From the NCBI GenBank assembly GCA_001595885.1, contig LSSH01000059.1:1-53836 (forward strand): a DNA stretch of 53,836 bases. Reading direction: 5' to 3'. The stretch comes from Candidatus Proteinoplasmatales archaeon SG8-5 (GTDB lineage Archaea > Thermoplasmatota > Thermoplasmata > SG8-5). Both the position numbers and the translations under genes were made by a program. Below are positions 39,599 through 49,628 of the stretch, piece after piece. The notes under the pieces were generated by a model. It was not told the DNA's origin and did not search any database. It worked only from the letters and a program-made list of their open reading frames with translations. How positions within the stretch are numbered: the first letter of the stretch is position 1; each line of letters starts with the position of its first letter.

Positions 39599-39694
39599 AC
39601 ACTTGCGCAAATATGTTAGGTTAATTATCTTATCGGTACCCTACCCCCAGAACTATTAAATGGGAGATTGGTAATCCAACCACAAGGTGGCAAT

Positions 39695-40996
39695 ATGAAC
39701 ATCGACAGGCACGTGAGCCTCAACCTGAACATCAGGGGCCTCGAGGAGTCGCCGACATTGGCCTTGAACGAGAGGTCCAATGAGCTGAGCAAACAGGGCA
39801 TTGAAGTGTACAATATGACCATAGGCCAGTCGCCGTTTCCCGTCCCCACCCCGGTCGTAGACGCACTGAAGCACCACGCTGACAAGGGCAAGTACATGCC
39901 GGTCAAAGGCCTCCCCGAACTGAGAAAGGAGGTTGCGGAGTACCACAGGAACAAGGACGGCGTCGAGGACGTGGCCGAGAACGTGCTCATAGGCCCGGGG
40001 TCCAAACAGCTTATGTTCATGCTCCTTCTCGTGTATTACGGCGAGATCATAGTGCCGTCTCCCTGCTGGGTGTCTTATATACCGCAGGCGCAGATCATTG
40101 GCAGGAACGTCCGCATTGTCAACACGACCTTTGAGGACCACTGGAACATGACGGCGGAGCGGTTAAGGGAGCTGTTGGAAAGCGAGCACGACGCCTACCG
40201 GCCGCGCATCCTCGTTCTTAACTATCCGGGAAACCCGGACGGCCTCACGTATACCGTAGAAGAGCTCAAGGAGATCGCCGAGGTGGCCAGGCAATATGAG
40301 GTGGTGCTGCTGTCGGATGAGATATACGGACAACTGCATCACAAGGGCGAACACATCTCGGTGGCCAGGTTCTATCCGGAGGGCACAATAATAAGTTCGG
40401 GGATGTCAAAATGGTGCAGCGCAGGCGGATATCGTTTGGGCACATTCACATTCCCGGACGACCTGACATGGCTGATGGAGGGCATGGCAAAGGCCGCCAG
40501 CCAGACCTACACCTCTGTCAGCGGCCCCATTCAATACGCGGCAATACGTGCCTTCCAGGGCGGACTGTCAATCGAGCGGACGCTTTGGCATACCAGGCGC
40601 ATATATGCCACCGTGGCGAACGAATGCGCGCAGATCCTTACCGACGCAGGGGTCAAGCTCCACCCGCCAGAAGGCGCCTTCTACCTATTCCCGGACTTCT
40701 CACCATTTGCAGATAAACTAAGGGATAAAAAGGGGATCGAAGGGAGTACAGATCTATGCGAATCCCTGTTGAAGGAGAAGCATGTGGCCATCATTCCGGG
40801 GGATGCGTTCGCGCGACCGCCGACCGAGCTCACTGCGAGGATATCATATTGTAACTTCGACGGAGGAAAGGCGCTGGCTGCAAGCGAGAACATAGCCTTG
40901 CACGAGGATCTGCCCGATGATTTTACTGAGAAATATTGCATAAAGACCATCAACGGGGTTAAACGAATAGTGGAGTGGCTGTCTGAAGTTGATTAG
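39695..40996 (+). CDS. PLP-dependent aminotransferase class I/II
   Basis: Y..VKGLPELR, NYPGNPDG, SDEIY, SGMSK, GYRLG, PEGAFY. Confidence 0.93.
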   Translation: MNIDRHVSLNLNIRGLEESPTLALNERSNELSKQGIEVYNMTIGQSPFPVPTPVVDALKHHADKGKYMPVKGLPELRKEVAEYHRNKDGVEDVAENVLIGPGSKQLMFMLLLVYYGEIIVPSPCWVSYIPQAQIIGRNVRIVNTTFEDHWNMTAERLRELLESEHDAYRPRILVLNYPGNPDGLTYTVEELKEIAEVARQYEVVLLSDEIYGQLHHKGEHISVARFYPEGTIISSGMSKWCSAGGYRLGTFTFPDDLTWLMEGMAKAASQTYTSVSGPIQYAAIRAFQGGLSIERTLWHTRRIYATVANECAQILTDAGVKLHPPEGAFYLFPDFSPFADKLRDKKGIEGSTDLCESLLKEKHVAIIPGDAFARPPTELTARISYCNFDGGKALAASENIALHEDLPDDFTEKYCIKTINGVKRIVEWLSEVD

Positions 40997-41082
40997 GAGC
41001 GCCGTTCACCCCGAGCACCGTTAAGGTCTGTGAACCTTGGGAAAGCTTATATCGGGTCTTGCCTATTCAGTTAATGATAATT

Positions 41083-41322
41083 ATGGATCAACAGACCAGG
41101 GATGCAAAGGTGCGGCAGCGCGAGGCCAAGCAGAAGGTGAAGGACGCGAAGCAGGTCGAGAAACAGGCCAAGGCCCAGGCCAAGGCAGCGAAATTGGTGG
41201 CGAAGGCCACCAAGATCGAGGCAAAAATACAGAGAAAGGAGATGGAAATCAGTAAGATGAGGGCCAAGGTAAGGCAGCTGAGAGAGAAGGCCGACCGAAT
41301 ACAGGGCAAGGCGCGCCCGTAA
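41083..41322 (+). CDS. Small Lys/Ala/Gln-rich basic coiled-coil protein
   Basis: MDQQTRDAKVRQREAKQKVKDAKQVEKQAKAQAKAAK...; genome-like codon usage; CTTATAT upstream. Confidence 0.65.
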   Translation: MDQQTRDAKVRQREAKQKVKDAKQVEKQAKAQAKAAKLVAKATKIEAKIQRKEMEISKMRAKVRQLREKADRIQGKARP

Positions 41323-41335
41323 TCGTTCAGAGGCA

Positions 41336-42406
41336 TTGGCAGTGTCGATACCGATATTCTATAGTAGCCAGCTGGCCAATTTTAACTTCGGTCCCGGGCA
41401 CCCGTTCACGGGCGAGAGGTTCGAGAGCTATACGGCGCTCCTGGAGAAGTCAAGTGTCATGGACAAGTGCGAGTTCCTACCGCTTGAGACGGCCAAAGAG
41501 GAAGACCTGTTGTTGGTTCACACCCCCGAATATTTGAAACTAGTGAAGTTCTACGAGGAAACGGGCGGTTACCTCAGCATGGACACGCCCGTGACGCCCT
41601 CCGTTGTCGAGATCCAGGCCTTAATAACCGGCTCAGGCCTTCAGGCAGCAAAATTACTCGTTGAGGGGGCAGAAAATACGGCACACACCTTCGGCGGTTT
41701 CCATCATGCAGGCCGCGATTACGGAGAGGGTTTCTGCGTCTACAACGACGTTGCCATAGTTGCAGAGGCCCTGATTAAAAGGCACGGTCTGAGACGCATC
41801 CTGATATTGGACACGGACGCTCACCAGGGCAACGGTACGATGGACGTATTCTATACGAATCCCAACGTACTCTTTGTATCCATACACCAGGACCCGCGGA
41901 CCCTTTATCCGGGAAAGGGCTTCACATGGGAGATAGGGAAGAACGAGGGGAAGGGCTACACCGTGAACCTGCCCATGCCGCCGTATGCCGGAACCGGGCA
42001 ATACGACCTTGTGTTCGACGAGATAGTCACGCCCATCTCGAAAGAATTCGCCCCTGACGTCATTATCCGGAACGGCGGCTCGGACCCCTATCATGCGGAC
42101 GCGCTCACCAACCTGGGCCTGGACCTAGATGGCCTGTATAAGCTGGGAAAGAGCGTAAGCGCGATATCGGACGCCACGTGCGGAAGGCTCCTCGACATGA
42201 TGGTGAGCGGGTACGGGAACATGGTGATTTACGGTTGGCTGGCACTGTTCTGTGGCCTAGAGGGCCTGGATATTGATTATAAATCGGCATCACCGGAAGA
42301 ACCCGGGCATTTACACGAGCCCGATAACGAGGGCCTCACAAGTTGCACCGAGGCGATGATCGGGGACCTGAGGGCCCACCTGAGAGAATATTGGACAAGC
42401 ATCTAG
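41336..42406 (+). CDS. Zn-dependent histone deacetylase family protein (AcuC-like)
   Basis: GHPF, GGFHHA, GFCVYND, DTDAHQGNG, SIHQ..LYPG.G, GSD. Confidence 0.92.
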   Translation: MAVSIPIFYSSQLANFNFGPGHPFTGERFESYTALLEKSSVMDKCEFLPLETAKEEDLLLVHTPEYLKLVKFYEETGGYLSMDTPVTPSVVEIQALITGSGLQAAKLLVEGAENTAHTFGGFHHAGRDYGEGFCVYNDVAIVAEALIKRHGLRRILILDTDAHQGNGTMDVFYTNPNVLFVSIHQDPRTLYPGKGFTWEIGKNEGKGYTVNLPMPPYAGTGQYDLVFDEIVTPISKEFAPDVIIRNGGSDPYHADALTNLGLDLDGLYKLGKSVSAISDATCGRLLDMMVSGYGNMVIYGWLALFCGLEGLDIDYKSASPEEPGHLHEPDNEGLTSCTEAMIGDLRAHLREYWTSI

Positions 42407-42455
42407 CCGGATTACTATAACAAGATTTATATCCTATTCTCGATATATAGGTCGA

Positions 42456-44024
42456 ATGATGGATGGGATGCAGTCGAATTCAGATTTTGATGAAGAGACG
42501 GTCGAGAACTTGGATGCCGTCCACGAGGATGAGGAAGCAGAGGGCTTCGGTACCGCATACGAAACCGGAGACATGCCCCACGGGATGGTTGGCATAGTGT
42601 ACGGTGATGTGGGCACATCGGAGCTCAAGTGCAGCGTTACAGCGCCCCTCGAGAAGGGCGAGTACGTCACGATTAAACACCAGACCTGCGGCGAGATCCT
42701 CGGCCAGGTGGACAAGATGGAGAGGAAGACGGACCTCTCACTCGACAAGGCAATCCAGATGTCCCAAGGCGAAGAGATGGACATACAAGAGAAGGTCCTG
42801 GCCATGGTCAACGTCATCGGGTATCGGGACGACCGCGGGCTCCTGCAAACGCCCAAGGTCCCGTTCAAGGCGGGCACACCCGTCACCAGGGCGGAGGATT
42901 CACTGATAACCGAGGTCATCGGGATCAGGCACAACGACAAGACGGGTGCCTACATCGGCATGCTGAACGGTCACGACGTCCAGATCCAACTCGACATAAA
43001 CGAAATGGTACAGAAGCACGTGAGCGTATTGGCCAAGACGGGCGGGGGCAAGAGCTACATGACCGGCGTTCTTGTGGAGGAGCTGATCAAGCACGACGTG
43101 ACGGTCCTGGTCATTGACCCCCACGGCGAGTACGGCTCTCTCAGGGATGCGGGCGAGTCGTCGGATTATGCCGCCCGGTTCGGTATTTCGCCCAAGGGTT
43201 ACGGGGGCAAGATAATCGAGTTCTCCCCCGACACCAAGGTGAACTCGAGCGCCCAACCGCTTAAGTTCACCCTTTCCAACCTCGATGCCAGGGATATACT
43301 GGCCCTGACGAACATCAAGAACATGCGCCAGGCCCTGACCTCATTGAAGAACGCAATCGAGATGCTCAGGGCCAACAAGCCAGATTATTCCTTACAGGAC
43401 CTGATACGCACGCTCGAAGCCCAGGAGGACAGCAAGAACGACAACCTCCTGCACGAGCTCCAATACCTGAACGAGATTGACATCTTCGCTGACCGCGGGA
43501 CCAAGCTGGATGAACTAATCAGCAAGGGCAAGACCACGATCCTGAACCTTCGCGGTTCGCCGCCCGACATCGCCCAATTGATAGTCAATCGTATCATGAC
43601 GTCCCTGTTCGAGATGAGGAAGATCAACGCGATACCGCCGATGCTCATCGTCACTGAGGAGGCGCACAACTACTGCCCGCAGCAGGGCCAGGCCTCCTGC
43701 TCAAAAATAATGCGGACCATCGCCTCCGAGGGCCGCAAGTTCGGCCTCGGCCTCGTCATAATCACTCAAAGAGCGGCCAAGGTAGACAAGAACGTGCTCA
43801 GCCAGTGCAACACACAGGTGATACTCAAGATTACGAATCCCAACGACCTGAAGGCGGTGATTTCCTCTGTTGAGGGCCTGACGACGGGCGTGACCGAGGA
43901 GATACAGCAGCTGCCCATCGGCATCGCGATAGTCTGCGGCGGCGGTGTCCAGGTACCGCTGTTCGTGAGGGTAAGGCCGCGGGAGACGAGGCACGGCGGT
44001 GAGTCGGTCAAGGTCATCGAATAG
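42456..44024 (+). CDS. HerA-like ATPase (HAS barrel plus FtsK/HerA domain)
   Basis: HVSVLAKTGGGKSY, IDPHGEY, EEAHNY, SEGRKFG, TQR, LSQCNT. Confidence 0.9.
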   Translation: MMDGMQSNSDFDEETVENLDAVHEDEEAEGFGTAYETGDMPHGMVGIVYGDVGTSELKCSVTAPLEKGEYVTIKHQTCGEILGQVDKMERKTDLSLDKAIQMSQGEEMDIQEKVLAMVNVIGYRDDRGLLQTPKVPFKAGTPVTRAEDSLITEVIGIRHNDKTGAYIGMLNGHDVQIQLDINEMVQKHVSVLAKTGGGKSYMTGVLVEELIKHDVTVLVIDPHGEYGSLRDAGESSDYAARFGISPKGYGGKIIEFSPDTKVNSSAQPLKFTLSNLDARDILALTNIKNMRQALTSLKNAIEMLRANKPDYSLQDLIRTLEAQEDSKNDNLLHELQYLNEIDIFADRGTKLDELISKGKTTILNLRGSPPDIAQLIVNRIMTSLFEMRKINAIPPMLIVTEEAHNYCPQQGQASCSKIMRTIASEGRKFGLGLVIITQRAAKVDKNVLSQCNTQVILKITNPNDLKAVISSVEGLTTGVTEEIQQLPIGIAIVCGGGVQVPLFVRVRPRETRHGGESVKVIE

Positions 44025-44169
44025 ACTCGTCGATTGTAGGTTGAATGTTTGGATTTTAATATTTAATTTAAGCGATAAGACTTGGAGATTGGCCTAATAT
44101 TCTATCGTAGATTGAGTACATCCGATCAGTCAACGAATTTATTATAACGGTAACACTGATTCCTGACCA

Positions 44170-44856
44170 ATGGACATCTTCTCGCACGTCCTTTGGGCGT
44201 ATGTGCCTTTCAGGAACAAGCTGTGGAGGGACGAGGGCCTGCTGTTCGCGGTCCTTCCGGACTTCGGGTTCCTCCTCATCATCCTTTACGTTTTGCTGGG
44301 AACTCCGCCGCTCGTAGACTTTCCCCAGGCCCTTCCGAAAATGCCCGGTGTTCTCCTGGTCATCTACTTCACGCTCCACAGCTTCGTGACCCTCGGCGTG
44401 GTGGCTCTGATAGTCTGGAAGTACAAACCAAAGCTGCTTCCCGCCCTTTCGGGCTGGTTCATCCATATCATGATGGACATACCGGTGCACGACGGCTATT
44501 TCGGCACACGGTTCCTCTATCCGCTGCTGCCCGACCTCTACATATCGGGTATCAGCTGGGTAGATTACCGGGTCCTGGCGGTAAGCTATCTAGCACTGGT
44601 GATAGTCTATATCTACAGCCTACGAAGGGAGAGGAAGAAGCGGGTGCTGCGCAAGCGATGGAAGCCCGACTGGATAGACAGATTCCACATGAAGGCCGAT
44701 GCCCTAATAAACAGGAAGCCCATTCGTGCGAGGGATGACAAGGGCGGAAGTGTCGGTCGAACACCTGAAGGCCTACCTGGAGAAGACGGAGAAGGCACTG
44801 GCCAAGGCGAGGATCAGTCCGCCGGAGAGGTCCTTCCACAGGACGATGGCCGATGA
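44170..44856 (+). CDS. Membrane-bound metal-dependent hydrolase (YdjM-like)
   Basis: MDIFSH, LPD, LHSF, HIMMD.PVH, FLYPL; TM segments. Confidence 0.75.
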   Translation: MDIFSHVLWAYVPFRNKLWRDEGLLFAVLPDFGFLLIILYVLLGTPPLVDFPQALPKMPGVLLVIYFTLHSFVTLGVVALIVWKYKPKLLPALSGWFIHIMMDIPVHDGYFGTRFLYPLLPDLYISGISWVDYRVLAVSYLALVIVYIYSLRRERKKRVLRKRWKPDWIDRFHMKADALINRKPIRARDDKGGSVGRTPEGLPGEDGEGTGQGEDQSAGEVLPQDDGR

Positions 44857-45031
44857 CTTCTACAGGATGGCAAAGGCCTATTTTAATGACGCGGGCCACT
44901 TCTTCGACGAGGGCGATCACGTCAACGCCTTTGCTTGCGTGAACTATGCCCACGGGTGGCTGGACGCCGGCGCCCGACTCGGCCTCTTCGACGTGGGGGA
45001 GGACGACCAGTTATTCACCCTCAGCGAATAG
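44735..45031 (+). CDS. DUF357 family protein
   Basis: MAKAYFNDA.HF..GD.VNAFACVNYAHGWLDAGARLG. Confidence 0.88.
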   Translation: MTRAEVSVEHLKAYLEKTEKALAKARISPPERSFHRTMADDFYRMAKAYFNDAGHFFDEGDHVNAFACVNYAHGWLDAGARLGLFDVGEDDQLFTLSE

Positions 45032-45113
45032 GAGTATTGTCACCAGATTTCAGGGTTAAAGACACCGGTCATATGTAAGCAGTAAGGTGATTATTACCAA
45101 AACCAACCGGCCC

Positions 45114-45974
45114 TCATCCAGAATCAACCAGTCTGGCCCCGGAATGCGACATCTCTGTTCTGATCACCGAACCGAAGCTCTCCAGCTCTCCACCGCAATC
45201 GCCGAAGGCGAACACCGCGTTGCCCAGCATGACCATGCTTCCCTTTCCTGGATGATTGTCCAGGACCTCGCGCATCCGGCCTGTGAGCAGCCCCGTTTCA
45301 TTGGCGAAGCGGTTTGATAACGAGATGAAGTTTTCGAATCCCGAGTCAAGCAAGAACTCTTCCAGGCACTTGTTGCCGGCGCCTATGATTGTCTTCTTGT
45401 GTCGCTCTGAGGTAATGATGTCCTCCGTGTTCATTCCATCGCCCAAAATGCAGACGCACACCTCATTGTGATCGATAGGAAAATTACGAACCCGGCCGAA
45501 CGCCCCAACCCCCGGAGTCTCGCGTATGACCGCGCCGCCGATGCTTTGGGCGACCGCATCGCCGAGACCGGTCCCGAGCACGATCTCGGAAAGGTGGGTG
45601 GCCTCGAGGGCCCTTTGCTGTGCGTTATCCATATCAAGAATATGAGTCAGGGCCAGACAGGCAGCGAACGTTCCCGCGGAGCTCAGGCCGAAGCCCTGGT
45701 TGAGGGGGGCGTCGAGCTTGATGTCAACCACTATGTGGCCCTCAATCTCCTGTAAAAGGTTCTCAATACCCCTTCGGGTAACAGGCGCGGGATTGTCTAC
45801 GCCGTTTATTGAAACAGCGATTTTCAAATCACTGGCCTCATCATATTCAACGTCTGCTGTTGCACCCGCCTTCACGCAGAACCCGGCCCCGCGCGACCCC
45901 CCCCTCAACATATCGGGGTAAGCGTCATCGATGGTGAAGAAACCAGTGATGTGACCGGGGCAGAAGGCGCGCAT
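45114..45974 (-). CDS. pok: Pantoate kinase (GHMP family)
   Basis: AFCPGHITGFF, GSRGAG, GFGLSSA, GTGLGDA, MLGNAVF; adjacent to coaBC. Confidence 0.9.
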   Translation of the reverse strand: MRAFCPGHITGFFTIDDAYPDMLRGGSRGAGFCVKAGATADVEYDEASDLKIAVSINGVDNPAPVTRRGIENLLQEIEGHIVVDIKLDAPLNQGFGLSSAGTFAACLALTHILDMDNAQQRALEATHLSEIVLGTGLGDAVAQSIGGAVIRETPGVGAFGRVRNFPIDHNEVCVCILGDGMNTEDIITSERHKKTIIGAGNKCLEEFLLDSGFENFISLSNRFANETGLLTGRMREVLDNHPGKGSMVMLGNAVFAFGDCGGELESFGSVIRTEMSHSGARLVDSG

Positions 45975-45975
45975 C

Positions 45976-47166
45976 TCAGCACTCCGCTAGCGAATCGAAT
46001 ATTCTCTCTGCCAGCTCGGCCTTCGTCCCCGTGAACCTGACCACCTTTTCCCCGGGAGAAAGGATAAGCACCTTAGTGTCGTCCTCCCCGACATCATCAA
46101 GCAGGTTGGCAACAATCATGTCAAGTCCATACTCCTTCATCCTGTGCCGCGCCCTCTTCTCCAGCTCGGGCTCGGATATGCCAACCTCCGCTTTGAAACC
46201 GACTATCCTGCCGTTGTTCTTCGCCCTGAGGACCCTGATTATCTTCTTTGCTGGTTTAAGGGTAAGGGAAGCCGACTCGGAAGACGATATCTTGCCTTCG
46301 GTCTTCTCGACGGTGAAGTCGGAGATCGCGGCCGGCACTATGATTATGTCAGCCCGAGCCTTATTCACCATATTCTCCAGGTCTCGAACGTTAGAGAATA
46401 CCTTGCACTCGAGGCTTCCGGGCACTTCGATGCCACGTGCCGCCCAGACCTCGACCCGGGCCCCCCGTCGATGAGCTTCGAGGGCGAACTCGATGCCCGT
46501 CCTGCCGCTTGAAGAATTGGTGATGAACCTAACATCGTCGATGGGCTCTCTTGTCGGGCCTGTGATCACGAGGACCTTACGATTTTTTAAGTCGCCGGGT
46601 CCCAGGACCCTCGACACGGCTTGGACGATTTCGTCCTGAGCCGCCATCTTGGCCTTCTTCTCCTCCATGACCGGCCCCACAAACCCAACGCCCAGCTTCT
46701 CCAGCCGCTTGATATTGTCCTTGATGATGTCGTGCGTGTACATCGTCGTGTGCATGGCCGGCACGATGACAACGGGCATCCCGGAGCCGAGGGCACAGCT
46801 GGCCATAGTGGTAACGGAAGTGTCATCGACACCAGTGGCGATCTTGGAGATGGTGTTGGCGGTTGCCGGTGCGATGAGCAATAGGTCAGCCCTCCCCTTT
46901 GACTCTCCGCAGAGCTCCACATGCTTCACGGCGCCGTCCAGCTCTATTATCGGTTCGTGACCGGTGGCAAAATGGATTGCATCCGGATGAACGATGCTGA
47001 CCGAGGAGGCGGACATGACCGGAATGACCTCTGCGCCGTGCCTGGCAAGCTCCCTGGCCAGCTTAACGCATTCCACGGCGGCGATGCTGCCCGTGATGCC
47101 CAGCACTATGCGCTTTCCCTCGAGCCTCGAGGATTGTGAAGACCTTATCTCGTTGATGGGGTGCAC
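45976..47166 (-). CDS. coaBC: Phosphopantothenoylcysteine decarboxylase/synthetase
   Basis: GITGSIAA, APATANTISK, PAMH, GPTREPIDDVRFITNSSSG, VGFKAE. Confidence 0.96.
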   Translation of the reverse strand: MHPINEIRSSQSSRLEGKRIVLGITGSIAAVECVKLARELARHGAEVIPVMSASSVSIVHPDAIHFATGHEPIIELDGAVKHVELCGESKGRADLLLIAPATANTISKIATGVDDTSVTTMASCALGSGMPVVIVPAMHTTMYTHDIIKDNIKRLEKLGVGFVGPVMEEKKAKMAAQDEIVQAVSRVLGPGDLKNRKVLVITGPTREPIDDVRFITNSSSGRTGIEFALEAHRRGARVEVWAARGIEVPGSLECKVFSNVRDLENMVNKARADIIIVPAAISDFTVEKTEGKISSSESASLTLKPAKKIIRVLRAKNNGRIVGFKAEVGISEPELEKRARHRMKEYGLDMIVANLLDDVGEDDTKVLILSPGEKVVRFTGTKAELAERIFDSLAEC

Positions 47167-47288
47167 GTTTGCCCTTAGATTGGCTCTGAAATATAAACTT
47201 AACTAATATGACCAGCAATGATATGACTGGGAATCCTGTTTGATAATAATAAAGCAACATTTAATAACCAAATAAATTCATTGGCGAC

Positions 47289-47379
47289 CTGTTCCATGAT
47301 GACAAGGCGAACTGTGGTTCTGCAATTGGTATGATTTGAAAATGTTTGCATAAACTCCAGTTCGTGAATGAAAGGGACA
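47289..47379 (+). ncRNA. Putative box-C/K-turn small RNA
   Basis: TGTTCC/GGGACA terminal stem, ATGATGA box C, internal GCGAACTG/CAGTTCGT stem; shares an 18-nt 5' motif with the downstream sRNA. Confidence 0.45.
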
Positions 47380-47452
47380 ATTCAGATGTAATAAGTGTAC
47401 GGAGTATCGATAATTAACAACAGCTTAATATCGCATGCACGTTTATGGAATC

Positions 47453-47530
47453 TGTTCCATGATGACAAGAGGGTCAGCGGAGTTGAATGTAACATTCATG
47501 CGATGAAGAACCCTATGAGTGCTGAGAACA
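47453..47530 (+). ncRNA. Box C/D guide sRNA
   Basis: TGTTC/GAACA stem; box C ATGATGA 47459; 12-nt guide; D' CGGA 47478; C' ATGAAGA 47503; 12-nt guide; D CTGA 47522. Confidence 0.82.
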
Positions 47531-47626
47531 TAATATCGCATTCTGGGCCAGTACCGAGTGCCCCCCTCAACGTTTATATAAAATAACTTTATTAGGCCTT
47601 CACCCCACGGTACTGGAGTAATAAGG

Positions 47627-48025
47627 ATGGTCGAATTCAAAGCGAACATATCTGACCCGAAGACGGGAAAGTCGTATCAGAGCATGATCAGCGGCAACCA
47701 GGCGAACGCCATCCTGGGGAAGAAGATTGGGGATAAAATTGACGGCATCTTCGTGGAAATGCCGGGGTATAAGCTCGAGATAACGGGCGGAAGCGACAAG
47801 GACGGGTTTCCGATGAGGAGGGACCTTCCAGGTCCCAGAAGGAAGAAGCTGTTGATTTCCAAGGGTCTAGGATTCGATCCCCACATGCAAGGTGAGAGGC
47901 GCAGGAAGAACATGAGAGGGAACACGGTATCCCCCGACACCGTCCAATTGAATCTGAAGGTCACTACCAGGGGACCGAGGAAAGTGGAGGAGCTCCTCGC
48001 CAATAAGGAAGAGGAGGCAAAATGA
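47627..48025 (+). CDS. rps6e: 30S ribosomal protein S6e
   Basis: [30 protein letters not shown]. Confidence 0.96.
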   Translation: MVEFKANISDPKTGKSYQSMISGNQANAILGKKIGDKIDGIFVEMPGYKLEITGGSDKDGFPMRRDLPGPRRKKLLISKGLGFDPHMQGERRRKNMRGNTVSPDTVQLNLKVTTRGPRKVEELLANKEEEAK

Positions 48026-49254
48026 AGGTCGAGAGTCAGCCGGAGGTCAACATCGGGATGATTGGGCACGTTGACCACGGCAAGACGACCCTCACGAAAG
48101 CCATCACTGGGGAGTGGACGGACCGTCATTCTGAGGAACTCAAGCGCGGCATCTCCATCAAACTCGGATACGCGGACGCCTGTTTCTACAAATGCCCAAA
48201 GTGCCAAGGCGTCGAGGCTTACACGACCAAGAATAAGTGCCCCAAGTGCGACACCAAATCCGAGCTGATCAGGTGCGGTTCCTTTGTTGACGCTCCCGGT
48301 CACGAGACCCTCATGGCGACCATGCTTTCGGGCGCCGCCATCATGAACGGCGCTCTTCTGCTCATAGCTGCGAACGAGAAGTGCCCGCAACCCCAGACCA
48401 AGGAACACCTCATGGCTCTGGAGATATCGGACGTCAGGAACATCATCATAGTTCAAAACAAGATAGACATCGTGACCGAGGAGGAGGCCCTCGAGAACTT
48501 CAAACAGATCAAGGAATTCATCTCCGGAACACTGGCGGAAAACGCCCCCATCATCCCGATCTGCGCCCACCACGAGGAGAACATAGAGGTCCTGCTGGCA
48601 GCGATACAGGACACCATCCCGAGCCCGGAAGTAGACGAGAACCAATCCCCAAAGATGTTTGTGGCCAGATCTTTCGATGTAAACACACCAGGCAACCGAC
48701 CGGACGACCTCGTCGGCGGCGTCCTCGGCGGTACGTTATCAGCTGGATTGATCCATGTAGGCGATGAGATAGAGATAAGACCTGGCCTGAGATCGGAGGT
48801 GAAGGGCAAGACGGTGTGGGAACCGCTGATAACCACCGTGGAATCCCTTCATGCGGGCGGGCGCCCTCTCAAGGAGGTCAGACCCGGCGGTCTCATAGCG
48901 ATAGGCACCAAGCTCGATCCCTCTATCACCAAATCGGATTCACTGATCGGCAGGATAGCCGGGGCGCCCGGAGCCCTCCCAGAATCGCTTCACAACTTCT
49001 CGGTGGACGTCAACCTCCTGGACAGGGTCGTGGGCTCGTCAAGTGAGGAGGAGGTCGAGGACCTAAAGACCAACGAGCCGCTGATGCTGAGCGTGGGGAC
49101 GGCGACGACGGTCGGAATTGTAACGAGCGCGAGGGACAACATTGCAGACGTCAAGCTCAAACTTCCTGTTGCGGCCGAGAAGGACCAGAGAGTGGCCATC
49201 AGCCGAAGGATATCCGGCAGATGGAGATTGATAGGCTACGGAATCATCACATGA
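48022..49254 (+). CDS. eif2g: Translation initiation factor aIF2 gamma subunit
   Basis: [46 protein letters not shown]. Confidence 0.98.
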   Translation: MKVESQPEVNIGMIGHVDHGKTTLTKAITGEWTDRHSEELKRGISIKLGYADACFYKCPKCQGVEAYTTKNKCPKCDTKSELIRCGSFVDAPGHETLMATMLSGAAIMNGALLLIAANEKCPQPQTKEHLMALEISDVRNIIIVQNKIDIVTEEEALENFKQIKEFISGTLAENAPIIPICAHHEENIEVLLAAIQDTIPSPEVDENQSPKMFVARSFDVNTPGNRPDDLVGGVLGGTLSAGLIHVGDEIEIRPGLRSEVKGKTVWEPLITTVESLHAGGRPLKEVRPGGLIAIGTKLDPSITKSDSLIGRIAGAPGALPESLHNFSVDVNLLDRVVGSSSEEEVEDLKTNEPLMLSVGTATTVGIVTSARDNIADVKLKLPVAAEKDQRVAISRRISGRWRLIGYGIIT

Positions 49255-49622
49255 TAAAGATTGTGGCCGACACAAACGCCCTTCTCATGCCTTTTCAGAC
49301 GAACTTAAACATCGATGCTGAACTGGACAGGCTTGTGGGAAATCACGAGTTAATCATACCGGAACCGATCATCGGCGAGTTGGAGAGGCTTGCCGGGTCA
49401 TTGCGCGAGGCAAAGGCCGCCTTGAAACTGGCAAGGTCCAGGCAGATTATTCCCACCAAATCTTCTGGGGACGATGCCGTCCTTGAACTCGCCCAGAAGG
49501 AGAAGGCCCACATCATTACAAACGACAAGGACATTATAAAGAAGGCTCAGGAAGCGGGGCTGGCCGTCATTCGGTTGAAAGAGGGCTCCCGCTTGGCAAT
49601 GGAAAACGAATGGGTCGACTAA
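49251..49622 (+). CDS. PIN-domain protein (Fcf1/VapC9-like)
   Basis: [27 protein letters not shown] overlap with aIF2g, a conserved context. Confidence 0.85.
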   Translation: MIKIVADTNALLMPFQTNLNIDAELDRLVGNHELIIPEPIIGELERLAGSLREAKAALKLARSRQIIPTKSSGDDAVLELAQKEKAHIITNDKDIIKKAQEAGLAVIRLKEGSRLAMENEWVD

Positions 49623-49628
49623 GACCGC

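Noticed and set aside
47677..48645. 322-aa antisense ORF, and similar long antisense ORFs at 16406-17266 and 18798-19553
   Set aside because: Shadow frames of GC3-rich genes on the opposite strand
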